A stretch of 62,039 bases of DNA, filler included, from Hausera hauseri (taxonomy: Eukaryota), in the NCBI GenBank assembly GCA_046269625.1. It is 11 parts of 11 records of this genome, joined end to end, with 100 filler letters (N's around TTAATTAATTAA, not from the genome) between each part and the next. Parts side by side here need not be neighbours in the genome. Positions count along the whole stretch, not along the records: positions 50,678 to 55,499 come from JBJURY010424031.1; positions 55,600 to 62,039 come from JBJURY010100987.1; 9 more parts are not named here. One strand, written 5' to 3'. The stretch's first letter is position 1. Every line of letters starts with the position of its first letter. Shown here piece by piece: positions 50,678 through 62,039 of this stretch. The position numbers were made by a program, and so were the translations under genes. The notes below the pieces were generated by a model, which saw only the letters and a program-made list of their open reading frames with translations, made no database searches and was not told where the DNA came from.

Positions 50678-53600
50678 CAGAGTCCATAATGGCCCATCTA
50701 GTCCTAAGAATGCTGCAAGAAGAATCGCCCCACCCAGTCCTCATGAGTCTCGAAGCGCACAATCCCATTGCCAGTTATTACAGAGATTCCCCACCCGCCC
50801 TGATAGTTTCCAGAACAACCCACAGTTTCGAGAAAAGAAGATTGATAAAAGTACGACAAGTCTCAATTACGAATCCTCCCAACCCTCTGCGGTATTTGAG
50901 CAACAAAATGGTGTTCCAGAACAGTATTCACGGAATCAGAAGAAAAGAACGTACGAGATTAACGTTACCTCGGATCCAAGTTCCTGCGTTATATATTTTG
51001 AAAAGATACGCGTCAGAATTCTCGTGGACACGGGCGCGCAAATAACGATACTCAGTGAAAGAGTTTATAAAATGTTGACGAAAAAAGGAAAGCTAATGCC
51101 ATGTGATATTGACTTACGATCTGTCTCAGGAAGTACCCTCCACGTATTAGGAAAAGCTAACCTAGAATTTCGCATAGGCAACAGTACGATGAGACACCCT
51201 TTTGTCATTGTTAGAAACATGTCTCGAAGCCCTATACTTGGAAGAGATTTTCTCAAAAAAAATAATGCGCGAATATACTTTGACTTAAGGAAGATCAAAA
51301 TCAATGATGAATATGTCGATTTACAAGACGACATTCACATTGCTTCTATCGCTCGGGTCACGCAACAGGCAATTTTGAAACCTCACTCAGTCAACTTCGT
51401 TATGGCAGGTTTGAAAAGTAGTGATTATTGGCACGAGAATGTCGAACTTTATGTGAACCACTTGATGATTTGGTTATTGATGAGCCTGGTCTGGAGATAA
51501 TAAATGGCATAGTGCACTGTGATCAGAAACGACGACTTCCCGTCATGGTAGGTAACCATACCGGCAAAATGATAAAATTAAAGAAGGGATGCATTATTGC
51601 TAAATCAGCCAAGCCAAAAACTCCTATGGGCTTTAGTCAAGATAACACACAAAGTGGTGATGATCTGATAGCTGATAACCATTTGACTTCCGTCGACGCA
51701 CGGGAACAACATTACCGCCATAGACAACAAGTCCTTAAGTATATTAGAGAAGGTTCGTGGAAACGAAAAGCGTACACTGAGATTGCAGAGTGCATAAATC
51801 CAGAGGAACGAATAGCAAACTTGTTGGCCATGTTGAAAGTCGATTCCGGACATAAGGCAACAATCGAGAACTTTGTGGTTAAACATCAAGATGTGTTTGC
51901 TCTGTCTGATATGGAGTTAGGAAGAACTCAAACGGTTGAAATATCGATTGATACAGGAGATCGCCCACCTATTAGTCTCCGACCATATCGAACACCATTG
52001 GGAAACCGAGACATTTTCGAGAAAGCAGTCGAAGAAATGCTACAGGCAGGAATAATTGAAAGGACACACTCTGAATGGCCATTTCCGGTGGTCATCGTTT
52101 CTAAGAAAGATGGTACGCACAGATTCTGTGTCGATTATCGCTCCTTGAACGCGATTACGACGAATGTGAGTTTTCCTCTTCCGTTAATAGACGACATCCT
52201 AGGAGTACTAAATGGATCGACGTATTTCACTATGTTAGATGCTCGCTCCGGATTCTGGTGTATTCCCATGACACCTGAGGTGAAACAGGAAATGTGCTTT
52301 TTACACTCACTCCGGTCCTTATGCCTGGAATGTTATGCCGTTTGGTTTAAAAGGATCACCGGCAACGTATATGTCTTTGATGAGTCAAGTATTGGAAGGG
52401 TTGCAAACTTTTGCGTTGGCATACATCGATGACATTCTGATTTTCACCAAGGGAGATATTGTAGACCATCTGCAGCATATTGAAACTGTCTTCGACAGGT
52501 TACGACAGCATAAAGTTCGTCTGAAGCTCTGCAAGTGTGAATTTCTGAGACAAGAGACTCAATATCTGGGATTTGTTATTACGAAACATGGCATCAAGGC
52601 GGACTCAGAAAAAGTTCAGTCAATTCGATCGATGGGTGTACCGAAGAACACTAGAGAAGTTCGTGGATTCTTGGGAACATGTGGATATTATGGACGCTTT
52701 ATCCCTAATTTCTCTGCAATAGCAGAACCAATAGTTGCGCTAACGAGGAAATTCGCCCGTTTTCAGTGGGATGAAACTTGTCAGAAAACTTTCGATTATT
52801 TGAAGACTAGCCTCACCATAGTCACGAATCCAAACAAGCCATATATTCTGTATACAGACGCATCAGACTATGCTATTGGAGCAGTCCTCGTCCAGGAAGA
52901 AGAGCACATAAAAGAAACAGGCACGACTGAGATAAAGGAGAAACCTATATACTTCTTGTCCCACAGGCTCACCAAGTCTCAAAAGAAATGGTTGGTTACC
53001 GAAAAAGAAGCTTACGCTATTCATTTTGCACTTCAAAAGCTCAACTTTTACTTGCATAATAGCCAGTTTACGATCAAAACTGATCACATGCCTCTCAAAG
53101 CGATGATGCGATCAGATGTGCAAAATCGAAGAATTCAACCATGGGTCTTAAACTTACAAGGTTACAATATGCACATCGAATATATACCTGGTCCAGAAAA
53201 CACAGTCGCTGACTTGCTATCACGCATGCCTGAGAAAGATCCGTTAGTAATTGAGCCAGAATGCACAGATGAAATACCCGACATTGATGATCACACTCTT
53301 CAAGTGTCTGTCCTCAATGCGATGGAACCACAGCAGTCAGACTCATACAGTAACTCGGAATCAGAGACGAATGATATAGAGACACTGAGCATGAAGGAGG
53401 AACAAGAAAAAGATGTTGCCTTTCGTCAAATAATACAGGATTTGAAATCCGATGCAAAGGAAAGCTCTTCTAAGTGGAAAAAGTATATGCTAGATGATAA
53501 TGTTTTGTATAGATTGAGTGGTGAAGGCACATTCCAGCTATCCATTCTAGTCATATGACGCATAAGTTGCTAACGCAATACCATGACAACTTAGGACACC

Positions 53601-55499
53601 TTGGGCGCGACAGAACGTTTACGATGATAAACAGGAAATATTATTGGCCAAACATGCAGAAAGCCATTGCAGAATATGTTATGAATTGTCTGGCTTGTCA
53701 TTTGAGAAATATGGAAATATTATGACACCCTATGCAGGAACCCACACAGGCGCACTTTCCTTTTGAGAAAGTCAGTTTAGACCTGTCGGGACCACATCCG
53801 TTGACTGCGTCCAGGAACGTCCACATTCGTCATATCGACATTTACAGTTGCCGGTCGGAACTGCATCCGTTACCCAATAAGGCTGCTGAGAACATTATTG
53901 ATGTTCGATTAGAAAAGTATATACCTGTTTTTAGTTGCCCTCTGGAAATCATTACAGATAATGGCACATAATTCGTAAACAGAGCAATGAAGGAAACATT
54001 GAAGGAGTTAAATATAAAGCATATAACTACTTCATATTATAATCCGGGCGCAAATGGTGTTAATGAACGCCAGCATAAGGTGATTTATGACGTTATAACG
54101 AAATATGCGAAGGATCAGTTACGTTGATAGAAAACGGGATTAGAAAATTCTCACCTTTTGAGATGATTTTCGGTAGAGATCCTATTCTTCCAGTGGACAT
54201 GTTATTCCGACCACGACTCCGATACCATGGAGATGATTTTCACCAATACTTACTACAGAAGCTCCATGAAATCACTATCAAGGTCAGTCGCAATGTTAGA
54301 AAGTCATTCCAAATTCGCAAGATAAGAACCGATAACACTGCTGTGCATCAAGAGTTTGACATTGGCGATAAAGTTTGTTACAGACAGCATCGCAGAAGTT
54401 CGAAAATGCAAAACCGTTGGATTACAGGGTATACCATCATTGAAAAGTTAGGTCCTATATCATATCGCATCTCCAATCAACTCACAGGACAAACAGCGAG
54501 AGTTACAACGTCTCAGTTAAGACAAGATGATCGGTCGTTTCCTACAGAACAGCTACCTTATACGACAGGTATGGTTAGACGATCGAGATATGTTGTACTC
54601 CCTGAGAATATGAATTCGGAAGAAGCTAGTGATACAGAACAAACAGAATTATCCGATACATCTGAGAGTGACACACGATACGAATTGTGTATACCACCTC
54701 TTATGTTACCGAAGGACACGAGACAAATGGCGTGTAGAACAGACACCCAGTCTAATAGAGAGATTCCACGATAGCAAACTGAAACGGAAGCCCCATACCA
54801 GAATACTAGAGCTGCAGCTAAAAGGAAGTTTGAAGAAGCTAGAAGACAACAATGTAATAGTCAAAGAATTGAGCTAAGTAGTTCATCGGATGACTCTGAT
54901 ATGCCGTTGTTAGTGTATCGCGAACGTCAGTTACAGCAGCAGGCTCAAGAAAATGAACAAGCTCCAGTAGTTGAATGCGAAAGTGGTAAAGTTGATGCAT
55001 CAGATTCCGACTTGTCTGATACGGATGAAACGGATGAAATGGTTCGCAGATGGAAAAGACTTAGAGATTCTAGTACCTCAGCTGACCCGCTACCACAACC
55101 GAAAAGAGCACGACAGGCAACGTTGCGACAGAAACGAAAGAAAAAAGTACAGACCAATGATCTGATGGAAATAAAAGAAGTTCCAGATGCTGATGAGAAT
55201 TACATTACGCGCCGAAGAAATATGTTGATCACAGAAATGGGTATGCGAAACACTCGCGTGCATAACAAAGGCATTGCACCAGATGTTAAACAATTGACAT
55301 TAGCGTTTGAAAGTATCTTTGAGGAAGCTGACCTTCTTACCTTATCCACCAAGCAAGTGAGACACATGTTAGAGGAAAACTTTACCATTGACTTATTACC
55401 TAGAGCACGTGTAGTTGATGATTTGGTTATGCAGTTATTTGATGTGGATGTAACACAGTTGACTGTTCGTCAAAAACATGTTCACCGAAACAGAAGTCT
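50678..55499 (+). mobile_element. Ty3/gypsy retrotransposon of a different lineage: PR, RT, RNase H, integrase with long C-terminal extension
   Basis: ILVDTGAQITI; KKDGTHRFCVDYRSLN; AYIDDILIF; LYTDASD, TDHMPL; HDNLGH...CLAC; VSLDLSGP, ITDNGT, NGVNER. Confidence 0.95.
55279..55437 (+). CDS. DEK-C-like domain at end of integrase extension
   Basis: PDVKQLTLAFESIFEEADLLTLSTKQVRHMLEENFTIDLLPRARVVDDLVMQL fits the DEK_C pattern (P...L...I..IL..ADL..VT.KQVR..LE..F..DL..R...I...V...L). Confidence 0.72.
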
Positions 55500-55599
55500 N
55501 NNNNNNNNNNNNNNNNNNNNNNNNNNNNNNNNNNNNNNNNNNNTTAATTAATTAANNNNNNNNNNNNNNNNNNNNNNNNNNNNNNNNNNNNNNNNNNNN

Positions 55600-58000
55600 T
55601 TTTCCGACAACCGTCGACAAATATTCATCTTCGTACATTCATGCTCGAAATAATTACACAAATGAACTGCAGGAAACAATTAATACTTTGTTAAATGAAG
55701 TCAGCGTCATTCTCGATTACGAACGCAACAATGCTGATTACATAAGAATTGCCAGTTCGTCAAAAGCATTTTTCTACTCCGGCCATGGATTTGTTAACTA
55801 CATTTGTCAATGGTTAGTGGCCATTTGTGCAAAAATCTCTGTGACATACGAACTGATTTTGTCGATAAATGGTACGAATCAATCAACGGATCGAATGAAA
55901 TGGTATCACATTCTAATAATAATGTGTTTAATTGATATTTTGTGTAAAACGTTGAAGAGCAAAATGATTGATTACGAAGTGATATCGATTATAATGAAGC
56001 TCGTTGCACAGCCGACTGCATCTTATTTGGGTGATGAAACATATCCGTGAACGACATGACAGTTCAATCGTCAATAAAATTATCGAATGCCTTTTGAGTG
56101 AACCCTCTCAACCACAAGAATATGGGAAATAGCCATCATGCTTACTTGTTCTCAGTCATTTTGGTCCTCAGTACTCCCGTCAGTTACAGCCAGCTGCATA
56201 CGGGGAATTAAAACAAGACATACAGGAATCAACTGGCATGAGGACATCGAAAAAGGTCGTCAATTATCAAACACTAATTTATTTTACGTTATCCTTGGCA
56301 TTTCGAAGTGACGGTCTTGAGTTTACAAGCACAACGATATTAATTCTCCGGAAAATCATTTAGCAATTTACAGCGAAACAACTCGAGCATTTCTTTCTGC
56401 AGCAGAATTTCGGTGAGGAAAATTTACGCAGTTTTTACCACAAGATGTTGAATATTCTGATGACATCGTTGGATATTGAAATGGGACGGTTGTTGGAATT
56501 TCTCGTGCTTCACGTTCATTGCACAACGACTGGGCGATCGAATGTCACATGCTGTTCTCCGCAATTTTCTCAGGTTTGTACGAATATCGTACCGATGGTC
56601 TGCTCTAAATTGCTGACGCAGTCACATGCGTCACGTGTAACCCGCACGGGTGGTAGTAAATTGTTGTCATTGGCATTATTGAATGCGGTGTTACACAAAT
56701 TGGAATATTGGATTCAGTATGTTATTATGGAGGGTAACACTCGCTGCGAAACCGTTGACGAGTATCGTTATGAATGATTTTAAATTTGTCAGCGAGGATT
56801 TGATTGTGGCCATTCCGCTCAACAATCCTCTCGATGTCATGCATATGCTTGTTGGGTTAGCTGCCTTCGGTCCTTCGGCAATTGCTCCCCCCCCGCTACT
56901 GCCGGTCCAGCTGGACTTCTGCGACTCGTGCCTGGTCATTTTTTCGTTGGTGCTCTGGGCAGACAATCGATAGACACTTTCTGTAACGGTGTACAATCGG
57001 AAGGTGTTCTTATCGAAACTAACAATGACTTATTGCGAATCGCGGCTCTTTGCATTGACAAGATCCCCCCTTTCTCGATCGCGTCACCGACGCATTTTGT
57101 CTTAGTCAGTTAATTACCGTTCTACTCGAACAGCGGATGGGTCAATCTGCCATACTTTGTATATTGTTGACAGTGCTCCACGAGGGATCTTCATCAAGTA
57201 TTCCCATACGGAAGGCACTACTACGTTTGCTCTGTCCCGTTTTACTGAAATTCCGAGAAAACACGGATTCCGCTAATTCACATTGTCTTACTAGACTTAA
57301 CAAAGAATTACAACATGAGCCCGATGACACAATGGCCGCCGTACGCACCTGGTTGCTGGCCATTCTGGAAAATAAATTAACTAACGATGCTAATTATCTG
57401 AGTCTCGTTATTTTATTCGTCCAAGTTCTTGCCTCCAGTTGTCAGGAGGACAATAATCGCAATTTGTGTGTTGTTGCCATTTGATGTATCATTCGATTGG
57501 ACGACGATATTCGACACTGGTTGGCTGTTTGTCACGTTCAACAGAAACAGACTGCTGATGTTGGCACTGCCTGTACGAACTTACATGTCGTTATCGCGTT
57601 GACTTGCATCCTCAGTAATGGCTGTTGTCCGTTGCCTGTCTACATCAGTCTTATACACACTTTATTTGATTGGAAAAGAGATTAATCGATATTTTGCAAA
57701 ATTCATTGGACCTGTCATCGCTGACAAACCAGCCGTCCGATCGTTGAGCATACCGCCCCATGTAAGTTGTCCTGATTACAATATAACAATTTTAGCTAAT
57801 ATGTTTCTAAATAACCATAACCTCCATAAGATGATCTGCCTCCACAGTGCACAAAAGCTACTCGAAATTTTGACACAAAATACATTTCGCACACATTTTC
57901 TTCAAAATGTGAACACATTAATCTCTGATAGTGCCTTTAATGTTCGGTTTAACAATCATATTATCTACAAAGATGAGGTGGCACTTCTTAGTCCTATTTT
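55600..58000 (+). pseudogene. Decayed, apparently intronless host-gene fragment(s), helical-repeat-like, unidentified
   Basis: Run of same-strand Leu-rich ORF fragments (55688, 56445, 56683, 57137, 57618) directly 5' of copy C. Confidence 0.45.
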
Positions 58001-58009
58001 AAAACACCT

Positions 58010-61000
58010 CAGGCTGAAGATTCGGCCACCTTGCAATTTGGTGCCCGCCCCGCTGGGGCGGAGGTCCCGGCCGTCAACCCTGCGCCGGTCGGTTGGACGG
58101 CACCTTTCGCGTCGGCCCCACGCCACGCCCCCAGGCGCACTACTTCTTCCCCCTTTATTTTTTTTCCTCAATAATACCCACATTTACACAATCAGTACAT
58201 CACATTTACATATTCCAACTCTTCGTACCTTCGTTTTTTTCTTACTTAACTCTTCCGATTTTTACTTCACCCATAACGGCGCTATCATACATTCACTGGA
58301 ACCCTACCATTTTTCTCAAGCCACACTTGCCTCTGCATACATCTCCATATCCGTGGTGGCATAAACTCTTCGCCAACCATTGACACAACGGATAAAACCA
58401 CCACGAAACTAAAATCTGTCATATTACTTCAAAAATCCACTCATAATCCTTCTAGCAACTTCCCACCCATTACCTCTTCCGCTCCTTTCCCTAACTGCAC
58501 CGAATTTTTCATCGACAACCAAGGCTCCAGCAAACCTTTCTTGCAATTCAATCAGCTATGGCTACAGGCAAATAACATCACTGACTCTTTAACTAAAGCA
58601 CATAATCTTCTCTTCTTACTGCCTAATAACATCAGAACCCGCATTCACAACATCATCAAAATCTTCGAACTTCCAGACCCATATTTCCAACTTTCTAACG
58701 CAGTTCTTAAGATCACGGAACCTTCAATGGACACGATCATACAACGTTTCTTCCACAACATCGTTATAGGCACCCAACGACCATCAGAATTCTTACGTAA
58801 CTCTTTAGCACATCTACATACCATCGGCGTTACTAAGGAACACAACCCAGATCTACTGCACCACTATTTCCTCAATGCGTTACCTATCTAAATCCTGGCC
58901 CTACTTACCGTGGTGGAGGACTCCACGCCTCTTGAGAAATTGGCCGATTTAGCAGACAGGACACACGATGTCCTACACGTAAATTCTTCGCCAGTCGTTT
59001 CAGCAGCAGTTGCCACTAACGATAATACATCCATAGAACAACAACTTCATCAGCTACGCGCTAAAAACATTGCACTACATGCAACAATCAACAATATAAA
59101 TAATAAATTAAACGCAGTGTCCCTGTCCCGACAGGGAAATTTTCTCGCTGACCGCGCCCGTTCTGCGTCTAGAAACCGCTCACCATCGCCTGCGCGTTCA
59201 TCGATCTGCTATCACCACAGCAGATTTAACACTAATGCTCAGAAGTGTTGCCTAGGGTGCAAGTTTTATAATAAGATATTTTCCTCGGACACCGTTGTTT
59301 GCATCTACCATGCAAGGTTCAAAAATCAGGGTCGTAGATGCATTCCAGGCTGCAGTTTCAAATCAAATACGAACGAAAAACGTACTGCCTTTCCTTCTAA
59401 TAGTTGCCCTAATTCACCCTTTCAAAAAAACTAAGTTCGCCGCCAGAAGTCACGGAAAACTCTGGCAAAGGTTGAGCACATCTCAAAGCACGTCTCTTTC
59501 TGTCTTTACTATAAAGGCTGCAATCACCGCTCCTAGAACGCAATCTGTTGACTTCCTCATCGATACAGGTGCAGCGATTTCTTTATTTCCACAAACCTTT
59601 CCTGTACAAAATTCTTATACACTGCTTCAGGCCAACCGCTGCACATTTCTGGCATGTTTAAATTCTTTCACTTTAGCAAATTTTCCTACACCTTTCCACT
59701 GGACGTTCACAGTCGCTAACGTCTAGACGGCAGTTCTGGGATCCGACTTTCTCTCATACTACAATTTACTGGTTGACTGCAGCCAGCGATGTTTGAGGAA
59801 CGGCATCACTGGGACATTTCTGAGCATGTCAATAGCATTTCAAGTACCGCACAGTCGATCGGAATGCGGAAGTCAATCTTAAAAAGTCAATTCAATTTTT
59901 TATAACAATAATTCCATTCGTAAATTTTTAAATAACACTATTGTTATACGATCCAGGTTCGATGTCGATAATCGTGATACTGCCACCAACGTTAACTCAT
60001 TCGACGAAAATACTTCATCCAAAACCATTTTCAATTCGACCATCTTACACCAACAACTCACACATTGCATCCGCTACTACTCAAGCCGTTTCACCAATTC
60101 CACCAAATCTCTCACAGTTACCTACATCTTTACAGCAATTCGGCAACACATCAGGTCCACGCGTACTTAAAAAAGACCGTACGTTTACTCCCGCAAACAG
60201 TACTTTAGACCACATAGTTACACAGCATCAACGACCTATACGCCAAAACGTACGGCTTCTGTCGCCTGGTCGTCGACAGACTGTAGAAGCCGAATTTCTC
60301 GAACTAGAACGTTCTGGCATAGTACGCCGTTCCAAATCTCCTTGGTCATCACCTTTATACGTTGTACAAAAAAGGACGGTAATTTTAGACCATGCGGTGA
60401 CTACCGACAGCTGAACAACTTGACAATAATGGATGCGTACCCTTTACCATTCATCAAGGATATTCTGCATCGCCTTAATGCAACCACCATCTATTCGACC
60501 ATTGATATAGATAAAGCATACCATCAAATACCAGTGGCACCCGAAGACAGAAAAAACTGCTGTCACTACTCCTTTCAATTTCTACAAATACCTGTTTATG
60601 CCATTCGGCTTGCGAATGCCGAAAAAACTTTTCAGCGCCACATTGATTCAATTCTTTCCGATTTCCCATTTTCACACCCTTATATCGATGATATTCTAGT
60701 TGTTTTATCTTCGGTCAAACAACACGAGTAACACCTTCGTGCCATATTTCAACGTATTAACCACCATAATATCCAAGTCAATTTCGACAAATGTCATTTT
60801 TTCAAAAAGCGCATTAACTTTTTAGGCCACATTATTTAACCAGACGGTCATTCTTCCCAATCAGACCGAGTTGAAGCTCTTAGAAACATCCAGTTGCCAC
60901 GTACAACCACCGAAATGCGCAGCTTTCTCGGTACACTACACTGTGTACATAAATATACACCATATTGCTCCGAATTGACAGCACCATTCGCACACCTAAG

Positions 61001-62039
61001 CGGCGGCAAAAAACATCAGCCAATCTAGTAGACACCTGAATTGGTTGACAAATTTGATAAGCTACGCGAAGGAATTAACACCGTCGATATTCTAGCTTTC
61101 CCCAAGTCTGATGCAGAACTCATCCTTACTACAGACGCGTCAACCACTGCAGTAGGCTCTGTACTTTACCAGATCTACAAGGGGGAAAATCAACCACTAG
61201 AATTTTTCTCTCGCAAGCTAACAGCCCCTGAAACCCGATATTCAACGTTCGATCGAGAACTATCGGCCATCGTTCTCGCTTTAAAGCATTTTTCCAACCT
61301 ACTTGTTGCTCGTCATTTTACCATACAAACCGATCACAAGCCCTTACTTAACATCATGGTTATGAAACACCCTTCCACACGCCAAAAACGACAAATATCA
61401 TACATATCGACATTTAACTTCGATATTAAACACATTATCGGGGTTAATAATTTAGTTGCTAATTTTTTATCTAGGTCGGTTAATTCGATTAATTTTTCGC
61501 TGATCTCTACGCAAGATCTAGTTCAACAGAACCGCCACCTCAGGACATGCTTAATTCTTTCAAATCTTGAACAATCGTTGACGGCGTGGCTTTAGACACT
61601 TCCAAACCAGGCCAGTTTGTAATAATTCTAGCACCATCATTGCAAAGGCAAGCATTTCACAGCGTTCATTCACTAAATCATCCTGGTGCTAAAGCCACTT
61701 TTCGTTTACTCCATCGACAAGTAATATGGCCTTCAATGCGTTCTGATGTGCAGGCATGGGTTAAGGAGTGTGTGGCTTGCCAAAAATACAAAACAGGTAA
61801 GCATTTAAAGCCACCAGTATTCCACTTTCCCTGCACATCGCGTTTCAAATCCGTGCATATCGACATCGTTGGCCCTCTTCCTCCAGACAACGGTCATCAG
61901 TTCATCCTCACCATGATGGACCGTTCCTCGCGATGGCCAGAATCCATCCCTCTGCGGAGCATTAACACAGACACCATAGCTGACGTTTTCATTCGCACAT
62001 GGATTAGCAGGTTTGGATCACCTCGCTTCATCATCACGG
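58010..62039 (+). mobile_element. CsRn1-like Ty3/gypsy copy C (leader-UBL-gag-pol), decayed, runs off the window
   Basis: HLHIRGG|INSS at 58340-58372; gag with GTQRPSEFL and two CHCC motifs; FLIDTGAAIS; FRPCGDYRQLN; YIDDILV; LTTDAS; VHIDIVGPL. Confidence 0.93.

Noticed and set aside
54772-54780. TAG-CAA as programmed readthrough in the integrase tail
   Set aside because: The context is CAA-ACT, not CAR-YYA, and the element has several other decay stops. A nonsense mutation is the simpler explanation.
58037-58056. TGGTGCCCGCCCC as a tRNA primer-binding site for copy C
   Set aside because: The aligned sequence in copy B is tttgcggcccg, and the region is conserved as codons (QFGAR/QFAAR) rather than as a tRNA complement.

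Overview
This window is not one locus. It is 11 unrelated eukaryotic contigs joined by artificial 100-nt spacers (N-run, TTAATTAATTAA, N-run). Most of it comes from an AT-rich, repeat-rich invertebrate with very short introns (an ankyrin-RING gene has 40-47 nt introns). Two contig ends carry vertebrate, probably teleost, exons (RBPMS2, FHOD1/3), which suggests a fish parasite assembly with host DNA. Mobile elements include decayed Polinton/Maverick pieces (pPolB twice, capsid, adenain protease, likely TIRs), three CsRn1-like Ty3/gypsy elements, a fourth gypsy of another lineage, an RTE LINE, hAT-type relics, MITEs and a 3.7-kb foldback. The main discovery candidate is in the three CsRn1-like elements. 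Each encodes a ubiquitin-like domain ending in (L/I)RGG fused directly to the Gag N-terminus, with no in-frame ATG in the leader or UBL. Each is also preceded on the same strand by different intronless host-gene fragments (DNAJC13, RALGAPB, unidentified). Other notable signals are an env-like TM ORF joined through UGA-CGG plus a stem-loop to a catalytically dead DEDDh exonuclease, a gypsy integrase extension ending in a DEK-C domain, and an Orai homolog with Q at the E106 filter position. All homology calls come from recalled motifs and manual translation; no searches were run.
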